Origin: Pelobium sp.
GTDB taxonomy: Bacteria > Bacteroidota > Bacteroidia > Sphingobacteriales > Sphingobacteriaceae
Direction of reading: 5' to 3'
DNA length: 64,000 nt
Assembly (NCBI GenBank): GCA_044361595.1
Contig: JBIKIN010000010.1
Coordinates: 4,112-68,111, forward strand
This document shows, one piece after another, positions 10,994 through 18,458 of the stretch; position 1 is the first letter of the stretch; each line of letters begins with the position of its first letter. Position numbers and translations under genes: made by a program. Under the pieces are notes generated by a model. It was not told the origin of the DNA and did not search any database. It worked only from the letters and a program-made list of their open reading frames with translations.

Positions 10994-11413
10994 ATGAAAA
11001 AATTAAAACAAATTTTAAAAACAACTATGCTTGTGGCTCCAATAGCCATGATAGCAGCTTGTAACGGTGCTAATGCTAAGTATGAAAACTTAGCTACAGG
11101 CGAAAAAGTGTACATTATTAAAGACTCTGAGACAGGAAAATCTATTGATAGTGTTACAAATGAACCTGTAATGTTTTATGTAAACCTTGAAACAAAGGAT
11201 ACGATAAATGGCGAAACGGGCTTAATCGTAAACAATAAAATAATTAAAAGTGCTGAAGGTACATATTCATTAATTGAAAATGAAGTAGAAGAAACTCTAG
11301 ATTCTGAAGGGGACGTTAAAATTAAGATAGATGGCGACGAAATGAAGATTAAAACAGACGATAAGAAAATTAAAATTGACGGAAACGAAAAAAAAGTAAA
11401 ATATGATAACTAA
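10994..11413 (+). CDS. hypothetical lipoprotein with C-terminal KIKIDGDE repeats
   Basis: Signal peptide II-like (MIAA-C); two 16-aa repeat units at the C-terminus; paralog of next gene. Confidence 0.85.
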   Translation: MKKLKQILKTTMLVAPIAMIAACNGANAKYENLATGEKVYIIKDSETGKSIDSVTNEPVMFYVNLETKDTINGETGLIVNNKIIKSAEGTYSLIENEVEETLDSEGDVKIKIDGDEMKIKTDDKKIKIDGNEKKVKYDN

Positions 11414-11942
11414 AAGCATAAAATATGCATGCTTTGGATTAATAGCTATGGCCACAGTGGCTTGTAATAATGATGCAAAAGAAGATGTGAGCGAATCAAC
11501 AACAGATGCTAATTTTAATGAAGTTGATGCTGATGGAATGAAAAGAGTTGCAAAACCCGTTGTTAAACCAGGTAAGTACATAGATTTAACTACTGGAACT
11601 GAAGTTGAAATAATTGCAGATCCAACTACTGGTATTGCAATTAATAGCAGTACGCAAATTCCTGTTCAGTTTTATTATGACCCAGTTACGCTTGATACGA
11701 TTTACCAAAATGGTTTAGTAGTTAACTCTATGTTAATTGATGAAGGTGACGGAAAATATCGTTTAGATGATATGAAAATTAAAATTGATGGCGACGAAAT
11801 TAAGATTAAGACAGACACTTCCAAAATTAAGATTGATGGTGGAGATATGAAATATAAAACTGACGGCGAAAAAATCAAAGTTGATGATGATGAGATAAAG
11901 ATTAAAGACGCTAAAGGAAAGACAAAGATTGATGGAAACTAA
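11403..11942 (+). CDS. hypothetical lipoprotein with C-terminal KIKIDGDE repeats
   Basis: Signal peptide II-like (ATVA-C); about 3.5 16-aa repeat units; shares central domain with upstream gene. Confidence 0.85.
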   Translation: MITKSIKYACFGLIAMATVACNNDAKEDVSESTTDANFNEVDADGMKRVAKPVVKPGKYIDLTTGTEVEIIADPTTGIAINSSTQIPVQFYYDPVTLDTIYQNGLVVNSMLIDEGDGKYRLDDMKIKIDGDEIKIKTDTSKIKIDGGDMKYKTDGEKIKVDDDEIKIKDAKGKTKIDGN

Positions 11943-11985
11943 ATAAAAGTGAAATCGAATAATTAGTTTTTAAATTTTTAATAAG

Positions 11986-12018
11986 AAAGCTGTTTTGGTA
12001 AACAAAACGGCCTTTTTT
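11986..12018. terminator. probable bidirectional intrinsic terminator
   Basis: GCTGTTTTG-gtaaa-CAAAACGGC hairpin with A/T flanks between convergent genes. Confidence 0.7.
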
Positions 12019-12032
12019 ATGAAATTAAATTA

Positions 12033-13082
12033 TTAGCTCTCAATTATTCTTTTAGGAAACACCAAAGATGCAACAACACTTGAAGTTAAAATAAATAAAA
12101 TCACAAATAAAGAATGAATAGTAGTAAATCCCCATAATTCTAAATAATGATGGATAAGCATTTTGACTCCAATAAATATTAATAACGCTGCTAAACCGTA
12201 TTTCAAATAATGAAACTTATGAATAATATTTACCAGCAGGAAAAACATAGATCTTAAACCCAATATTGCAAATATATTAGAGAAGAAAACGATGTAAGGG
12301 TCTTTAGTAACTGCAAAAATAGCAGGAATAGAATCTACGGCAAATATAACATCTGTAAACTCTACTATTAATAAAACTAAAAAAAGAGGTGTAAGGTATA
12401 GTTTGTGATCTACTTTTAGGAAAAATTTATTGCCCACAAATTCAGGATGTACGGAAAAATATTTACTAGCGAACTTTACTACTTTATGATTTTTGGTGTC
12501 AATCTTATTATCATCCTCTTTTGCAAAAAGCATTGTTAAACCAGAGTAAACTAGAAATGCCCCAAAAACATATAATATCCATCCAAATTTATTGATAAGT
12601 GCTGCACCTAAAAAAATAAATAGAAAGCGCATGAGTACAGCCCCGATAATTCCCCAAAACAACACACGATGATAATATTTTTCATCAACACCAAAAGCGC
12701 TAAAAATTAATACCATCACAAATATATTATCAACAGACAAAGCATACTCTATTACGTAACCAGTAATAAACTCTAAACTGATTGCATTTTTATAGGCAAT
12801 TAAATTTTCTTGGAAATTAAGCGAACTGATATCAACTTGATGAAGATTTTGTCTTACGATTTGTTCTAACTGAGCTTGATTTTGAATATCGTGTAACTCA
12901 TGACCTTCGGTTTTTAAAAGGAAATAAAAGACTAGTGCAAAGGAAACCCAAACAGCACTCATGATTGCCGCTTGATTAAAAGATACTGGTGTATCCTTTT
13001 TATGGAAAACACCCAAATCTACTGCAAGCATCAATATCACAAACAAAGCAAAACTTACAAAAAATATTAACTCGTGACTCAT
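12033..13082 (-). CDS. TerC/Alx family metal-homeostasis membrane protein
   Basis: GYVIEYALSVDNIFV, EFTDVIFAVDSIPAIFAVT, SNIFAILGLRSMFF. Confidence 0.93.
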   Translation of the reverse strand: MSHELIFFVSFALFVILMLAVDLGVFHKKDTPVSFNQAAIMSAVWVSFALVFYFLLKTEGHELHDIQNQAQLEQIVRQNLHQVDISSLNFQENLIAYKNAISLEFITGYVIEYALSVDNIFVMVLIFSAFGVDEKYYHRVLFWGIIGAVLMRFLFIFLGAALINKFGWILYVFGAFLVYSGLTMLFAKEDDNKIDTKNHKVVKFASKYFSVHPEFVGNKFFLKVDHKLYLTPLFLVLLIVEFTDVIFAVDSIPAIFAVTKDPYIVFFSNIFAILGLRSMFFLLVNIIHKFHYLKYGLAALLIFIGVKMLIHHYLELWGFTTIHSLFVILFILTSSVVASLVFPKRIIES

Positions 13083-14054
13083 TTACTTTTTTCTTTCTGT
13101 AGTATATTTAACCAATTGCTCTAAACTATCTTTTGAAATAGACGGTGGGAAATCTTTAATCAAATCAAAGGCTTTCGCCTGATATTTCATCATCTCACCT
13201 TCTGCATAAGATAAACCACCTTGCTCTTTAACAAATTCTATAATTTGATTTATTTTATCGGGTTTATCTTCGTGATTCTTTACTAAGTTAATAACTCTCT
13301 TTCTTGTAGTCTTATCTACTTTATTTAAAGCATGTATTAGAGGTAGCGTAACTTTTTTCTCTTTAATATCTAAACCTTTTGGCTTTCCTACATCGTCTAA
13401 ACCAAAATCAAACAAATCATCCTTTATTTGAAAGGCTATGCCAATGTTTTCGCCAAATGAATGCATAAGTTGTATTGTTTCCTCATTAGCACCAGCAGAT
13501 GAAGCCCCTGCTGCGCAACAAGATGCAATTAAGGAAGCTGTTTTTTGACGTATAACTTCGTAGTAAACTGCTTCACTAATATCCATGCGTCTTACTTTTT
13601 CTATTTGTAAGAGTTCTCCTTCACTCATTTGCTGTACAGCATCTGAAACAATCTTAAGCAATCTAAACTCTTGATGATCTACTGAAAGTTGTAAGCCCTT
13701 AGAAAGTAAGTAATCGCCTACTAAAACGGCTATTTTATTTTTCCATAAAGCATTAATAGAGAAAAATCCTCTTCTTTCAAAAGAATTATCAACCACGTCA
13801 TCGTGTACTAAAGTTGCTGTATGTAGTAATTCTACCAAAGAAGCGGCTCTGTAAGTAGATTCTGTAATTCCGCCACAAATATTTGCAGCAAAAAAAACAA
13901 ACATAGGTCGCATTTGCTTTCCTTTTCGTTTTACGATATAATGTGTAATTCTGTCTAACAAAGGGACAGAGCTTTGCATAGAAACCTTGAACTTTTCTTC
14001 AAAAGCATCAATTTCTTTTGCTATAGGTTTTTTTATATCGCTAAGCTTTAACAT
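13083..14054 (-). CDS. polyprenyl diphosphate synthase (IspB-like)
   Basis: GKQMRP, LVHDDVVD, FQIKDD, GKP motifs. Confidence 0.95.
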   Translation of the reverse strand: MLKLSDIKKPIAKEIDAFEEKFKVSMQSSVPLLDRITHYIVKRKGKQMRPMFVFFAANICGGITESTYRAASLVELLHTATLVHDDVVDNSFERRGFFSINALWKNKIAVLVGDYLLSKGLQLSVDHQEFRLLKIVSDAVQQMSEGELLQIEKVRRMDISEAVYYEVIRQKTASLIASCCAAGASSAGANEETIQLMHSFGENIGIAFQIKDDLFDFGLDDVGKPKGLDIKEKKVTLPLIHALNKVDKTTRKRVINLVKNHEDKPDKINQIIEFVKEQGGLSYAEGEMMKYQAKAFDLIKDFPPSISKDSLEQLVKYTTERKK

Positions 14055-14088
14055 TGTAAATCAAACAGACGTTTAGCTGTAAGGTTTG

Positions 14089-14096
14089 CAAACATA
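14089..14096 (-). promoter_or_regulatory. -7 promoter element (TATGTTTG) for polyprenyl synthase-terC
   Basis: TAnnTTTG match 35 nt upstream of the ATG. Confidence 0.5.
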
Positions 14097-14181
14097 ATGT
14101 AAAAAGCCGATAATTAGCATCATATTTAAACGTTCTTAGTCTCTAATTATTCAATTTTTATAATTTTACAAAAAAAATAAA

Positions 14182-14733
14182 ATGAAAATAAACTTACTTG
14201 CAGTAATTCCTTTAATTTTTTTAAATGTGAGTGTTATTGCTCAAACCAAAAAACCCTCAAGTGGTAAGCCAACAATTTTTAATAGAACCGAGTTTAGCTA
14301 TACTTTTGGAATAGAGGATGCGCTACCCAATACTTCTATAGACGCATTACATTTAAAAACTGTTGTAGGTTTTACTTTACCACATGTAGGTTTTGGCATA
14401 GGACTAGAAAATGGGAGTTTTAGGGGGGAAAATAACGCTAGATTTAATACTTTAGCCTTTAGCGGGAATTTACACCTGCTTGCAAAACCAAACTACTACG
14501 AAGGAACTAACTACTTTATAAAAGGTGCAATAGGTTATGGATTGGGTGTTTTTAATAATTATGATAAAGGATTAAATTATGAAACTGCTACTGGAGTTAT
14601 GATTACTACCAAAAAAAGGAAAAGGTATTTTATTCAGGCTATTTACCACCAACAAAACATAGATGATTTTTTATTAGCAAACGAAAAGGTAAAAATTAAA
14701 ACTCTAGGTATTGGTTTAGGAACTTGGTTTTAA
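14182..14733 (+). CDS. hypothetical outer-membrane beta-barrel protein
   Basis: Signal peptide, alternating amphipathic strands, C-terminal aromatic (LGIGLGTWF). Confidence 0.7.
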   Translation: MKINLLAVIPLIFLNVSVIAQTKKPSSGKPTIFNRTEFSYTFGIEDALPNTSIDALHLKTVVGFTLPHVGFGIGLENGSFRGENNARFNTLAFSGNLHLLAKPNYYEGTNYFIKGAIGYGLGVFNNYDKGLNYETATGVMITTKKRKRYFIQAIYHQQNIDDFLLANEKVKIKTLGIGLGTWF

Positions 14734-14737
14734 CAAT

Positions 14738-14986
14738 TCAAAGAAAAGCCTCTGGTTTAGTTTCTGCTTTTTTTTTATAAAAATAAACTACAGCGCCTAT
14801 TAGATACAGCCAAGGTAGGTTATGAAATATTAAATCAAAGTAATCTAATAAAAGCATATCATTTGCTCCATCAATTAACCATTTTAACTTCTCGTAAGAA
14901 TGTGGTATTGGATAATAAGGGGTTAAACCTATAGTAACACACAAAAGTAGCGCTAATTTAACATGGTCTGAGGGTTTAAATTTCAT
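14738..14986 (-). CDS. small conserved membrane protein (GLTPYYPIPHSYEKLKWL...DLIFHNLPW)
   Basis: Two hydrophobic segments; overlaps the thioredoxin stop (translational coupling). Confidence 0.7.
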   Translation of the reverse strand: MKFKPSDHVKLALLLCVTIGLTPYYPIPHSYEKLKWLIDGANDMLLLDYFDLIFHNLPWLYLIGAVVYFYKKKAETKPEAFL

Positions 14987-15282
14987 GCCTCTAAATTATG
15001 TATAATTTTTAAAAGTTCGGTTTTAGTTATCATTCCTGATTGTCGCCATTTTTGTTTTCCGTTTTCGAATAATATAAATGTAGGAACTCCCTGCACATTA
15101 TAATTTGTAGCAACTTTTGTGTTTTTATCCACATCAATTTTAATGATAGTTAGTTTATCTCCTAGCTCCTTTTTAAGGTCCTGTAAAATTGGAGACATTG
15201 CTTTGCATGGCCCACACCAAGTGGCAAAAAAATCGATTAATACTTTATTATTTTGATTTATTATTTCGTTAAAATTTGCCAT
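14983..15282 (-). CDS. trxA: thioredoxin (start corrected to MANFNE at 15282, 99 aa)
   Basis: WCGPC active site, VQGVPTF cis-Pro loop. Confidence 0.93.
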   Translation of the reverse strand: MANFNEIINQNNKVLIDFFATWCGPCKAMSPILQDLKKELGDKLTIIKIDVDKNTKVATNYNVQGVPTFILFENGKQKWRQSGMITKTELLKIIHNLEA

Positions 15283-15475
15283 TTCTATCTCCTTTAATGT
15301 AATGATAAGCGTAACGTAAAGCATCAGCATTTAAAGCTAGGTAAACCACAATTACTATTAATAAACCCTTTAATTTACCAAACCTTAATCCTAAAAAAAT
15401 TAAAAATGTTAGCGCAATTAAATGACGGTATAAATAATATTTGGTGGGCTTTAACATCAATAACAAAGCTAGCAA
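15269..15475 (-). CDS. possible small two-TM membrane protein
   Basis: Fills the gap between methyltransferase and thioredoxin; two hydrophobic stretches; TTG start; no recognisable family. Confidence 0.35.
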   Translation of the reverse strand: MLALLLMLKPTKYYLYRHLIALTFLIFLGLRFGKLKGLLIVIVVYLALNADALRYAYHYIKGDRNGKF

Positions 15476-15486
15476 ACTCCCCTAAC

Positions 15487-16086
15487 CTATTTGTCGACTT
15501 TTATGAAATTAATAAAAAGCTCTGAACCTAATCTTGGATTTACTGAATTGTAAGCATTCTCCATTTTATTAATCTCGAATTTATCTTGAAAAAGTGATTG
15601 ATATTCTTCAAGAGTTCCTCCGAACGGAGGACCACTAGAACCAAATTGCTTATTAAACAACAAACCTACTATTTTACCACCTAAAGCTAATAATTGATGC
15701 GTTTTCTCAACATAATTTTGCCTTAAATTAGGGTGAATGGCACAAAAGAAAGTTTGTTCAATAATCAAATCAAAATCACCTTTTAGATTAAAGAAATCAT
15801 TTTGAATAAGACGACAATTTTTAGAATCATAATTTGAGAGTTTTCGAGCTAAATCAGCTAATGGTTTTTCAGCAAAATCAACAACGGTAATATTTGTAAA
15901 ACCTTGTTCTAAAAGATAAATGGCTTCATAAGCATTCCCAGCTCCAGGAATCAAAATCCTTAAATCTTTGTTTATTAACTGATTGATATAGGTTTTTATA
16001 GTCGGAGAAACCTCGCCCAAATCCCATCCAATTTGTTGATTGAGGTACCTATTATTCCAATAATTTTCACTTAAAAAATCTGCCAT
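15487..16086 (-). CDS. TPMT/thiopurine S-methyltransferase-family SAM-dependent methyltransferase
   Basis: GWDLGEVSP, RILIPGAGNAYEA, EQTFFCAI, GPPFG motifs. Confidence 0.9.
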   Translation of the reverse strand: MADFLSENYWNNRYLNQQIGWDLGEVSPTIKTYINQLINKDLRILIPGAGNAYEAIYLLEQGFTNITVVDFAEKPLADLARKLSNYDSKNCRLIQNDFFNLKGDFDLIIEQTFFCAIHPNLRQNYVEKTHQLLALGGKIVGLLFNKQFGSSGPPFGGTLEEYQSLFQDKFEINKMENAYNSVNPRLGSELFINFIKVDK

Positions 16087-16114
16087 TTAACTTTCTTTAG
16101 GATGAAAAATCAAA

Positions 16115-16122
16115 CAAATCTA
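16115..16122 (-). promoter_or_regulatory. -7 promoter element (TAGATTTG) for the methyltransferase-thioredoxin arm
   Basis: TAnnTTTG match 29 nt upstream of the ATG at 16086. Confidence 0.5.
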
Positions 16123-16236
16123 ATTTAAAAAGCTTTTAATCTTTGTAAAATAAGCTTTCTTAAACTTAATCAACAATAAAAATTTATTGTAAGTATATTA
16201 AATCTCGATTCGACTAAAAATCGTAATTTGCATTAA

Positions 16237-16908
16237 ATGAATAAAACCGCAATTATACTTTTTGCTAATTTACCTGAGTTTGAAGCTCGGGCAAAAAGTT
16301 TTTCGGCTTATTCATCACAAAAAGCTACTCAGCAAATTTCTCAGGTTTTAACCCAACATTTTTATCAATTAGCGCAACAAAGTTCTGCCGATTCTTTTTT
16401 AGTTGACACTTATCATCAAAAAGGAAAATCTTTTGGGGAAAGAATTACTAACGCTTTCATTGATATTTATGCAAAGGGTTATGAAAACATTATTTGCATT
16501 GGCAATGATTGTCCGGAGCTTAATTCAAATCAATTGCAAAATGCCATTAACCTTGTAGAACAAGGTAATGTAGTTTTGGGTCCTACCTTAGATGGAGGTG
16601 CCTATTTAATGGGTATACCAAAAAACAAGTTTAACTGTAGCACCTTTTTAAATGTTAAATGGCAAAGCATTAAAACCTATCAAAACTTAAAGCAAGTATT
16701 TAATAATTTTGTAACTGAGTTAAGCTTACAGGTAGATATAGATTCGGTAGAGGATTTAAAAACAAACTACGCTAACAATAGCCTAATAAATGTTTTAAGA
16801 CATTTAATTTTAAGTTTTAAAAATAAATTATCAGACCTATTAAATTTAACTTTAATAGACTTTATTAAGGTAGATCGTTATTCTTTAAAAGCTCCGCCTT
16901 TGGCTTAA
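16237..16908 (+). CDS. DUF2064 / TIGR04282-like CofC-fold transferase with C-terminal KAPP tail
   Basis: QKGKSFGERITNAF, IGNDCPEL, VLGPTLDGGAYLMG, DIDSVEDL; adjacent to ArsS-type genes. Confidence 0.8.
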   Translation: MNKTAIILFANLPEFEARAKSFSAYSSQKATQQISQVLTQHFYQLAQQSSADSFLVDTYHQKGKSFGERITNAFIDIYAKGYENIICIGNDCPELNSNQLQNAINLVEQGNVVLGPTLDGGAYLMGIPKNKFNCSTFLNVKWQSIKTYQNLKQVFNNFVTELSLQVDIDSVEDLKTNYANNSLINVLRHLILSFKNKLSDLLNLTLIDFIKVDRYSLKAPPLA

Positions 16909-16972
16909 AATCTAGCTTTCGATGGCATTTCGCTATCAAAAATCACAAAAATTAAACATTTCAAAAATAACT

Positions 16973-16994
16973 GAGTAGACTTATAAGTCTACTC
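16973..16994. promoter_or_regulatory. perfect 22-bp palindrome GAGTAGACTTATAAGTCTACTC (operator or RNA hairpin)
   Basis: Self-complementary; ends 19 nt before the ATG at 17014; no U-tract. Confidence 0.6.
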
Positions 16995-17013
16995 GTCTAT
17001 ACATATTAATAAC

Positions 17014-17349
17014 ATGGCTAAAAATTACTTTGATCCTGAAGATTTAAAAAAGTTTGGTAAAATAACTGAGTTCCAAAAACCACTAGGAGATAAATTCTTC
17101 GATTATTACAGCGAAGTTTTTAAAGAAGGTGCACTGACTGTAAGAGAAAAATCACTAATTGCTTTAGCGGTTGCCCATGCGGTACAATGTCCTTATTGTA
17201 TTGATGCTTATTCATCAGACTGTATACAAAAAGGTGCCGATGAAGAACAAATGATGGAAGCTGTACACGTTGCAGCAGCAATTAAAAGTGGCTCTACTTT
17301 GGTTTTTGGGGTACAAATGATGAACCATGTTAAAGATACAACGATGTAA
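17014..17349 (+). CDS. AhpD/carboxymuconolactone decarboxylase-like protein, ArsS-associated (TIGR04169-like)
   Basis: REKSLIALAVAHAVQCPYCIDAY (CxxC); immediately upstream of the radical SAM gene. Confidence 0.9.
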   Translation: MAKNYFDPEDLKKFGKITEFQKPLGDKFFDYYSEVFKEGALTVREKSLIALAVAHAVQCPYCIDAYSSDCIQKGADEEQMMEAVHVAAAIKSGSTLVFGVQMMNHVKDTTM

Positions 17350-17351
17350 TT

Positions 17352-18419
17352 ATGGGAGTTAAACAAATTTCAAAATCGTTAAAAGCCCAAGGAAGTATGC
17401 TGGGTGATAATTTTTACCAGCTTAAAGTACTATCTCAAAAAGATATTCAAGATGGTGCTTATGAAAATTTTCATAAGAAACTAAAATCGTTAAATGTAGA
17501 TGCAATAAAAGTTTCCCAATTAGAAATATTTCAGATAAACATAGGAAAACTATGTAACCAAACTTGTTCACATTGCCATGTGGATGCCGGACCTGACAGA
17601 AAAGAAGAGAATATGTCTTTCGAAACTTTAGAAAGATGCCTTTATCTAATAAAAACCTACAATTTTAAAAAGGTTGATATTACGGGTGGTGCACCAGAAA
17701 TGAACGAGCATTTTAGATGGTTTGTAGAAGAATGTACAAAAGCAAACGTAGAAGTAATGGTTAGATGTAATTTAACTATTATTATGGCCAATAAAAAATA
17801 TCATGATTTACCTACGTTTTTTAAAGCCAATAATGTACACGTAATTTCTTCACTACCTTCTTTCTCAGCCATGCGAACAGATGCACAAAGAGGTGACGGA
17901 GTTTTTGAAGATTCTATTGCTGCATTACAAAAACTAAATGCGGTAGGTTATGGTGTTGAAGGATCTGGTTTGGTCATAGATTTAGTTTATAATCCATCTG
18001 GAGCTTATTTACCGGGTGACCAAAATTCTATGGAGGCCGAATTTAAAAGGCAGTTAAAAAGAAAATTTGATATCGTTTTTAATAGTTTGTATGCCATTAC
18101 TAACTTACCCATTAGCAGGTTTCTAGATTATTTACTAGAAACTGGGAAGTACTTAGATTATATGCACCAATTGGTGGATGCCTTTAATCCGGCTACTTTA
18201 GATGGTTTGATGTGTAAAAACACATTAAGTATAAGCTGGGACGGTTACATGTATGATTGTGATTTTAACCAACAGCTTGATTTAAAATTTACAGGTAAAG
18301 CTAAACACATTAATGATTTTGATTTTGAGGAGATTATGAATCGCAAAATCATCATTAACAACCATTGTTACGGATGCACCGCTGGTGCTGGTAGTAGTTG
18401 TGGCGGAGAAATAGCTTAA
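17352..18419 (+). CDS. arsS: ArsS-type radical SAM protein (arsenosugar biosynthesis family, TIGR04167-like, DUF3641 C-terminus)
   Basis: CNQTCSHC (CxxxCxxC), DITGGAPE, CKNTLSISWDGYMYDCDFNQ, C-terminal HCYGCTAGAGSSCGG. Confidence 0.9.
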   Translation: MGVKQISKSLKAQGSMLGDNFYQLKVLSQKDIQDGAYENFHKKLKSLNVDAIKVSQLEIFQINIGKLCNQTCSHCHVDAGPDRKEENMSFETLERCLYLIKTYNFKKVDITGGAPEMNEHFRWFVEECTKANVEVMVRCNLTIIMANKKYHDLPTFFKANNVHVISSLPSFSAMRTDAQRGDGVFEDSIAALQKLNAVGYGVEGSGLVIDLVYNPSGAYLPGDQNSMEAEFKRQLKRKFDIVFNSLYAITNLPISRFLDYLLETGKYLDYMHQLVDAFNPATLDGLMCKNTLSISWDGYMYDCDFNQQLDLKFTGKAKHINDFDFEEIMNRKIIINNHCYGCTAGAGSSCGGEIA

Positions 18420-18458
18420 AAAAAATCAATCAAACAATCTTATTTTATTTAAAGAAAC

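Noticed and set aside
11297-11581. 94-aa minus-strand ORF
   Set aside because: Antisense to the two lipoprotein genes; its hydrophobicity mirrors their AAA/ATT-rich repeat codons.
18399-18401. Possible selenocysteine in the ArsS C-terminal SSCGG motif
   Set aside because: The codon is TGT (Cys), there is no in-frame TGA and the gene ends at TAA; no sel genes in the window.
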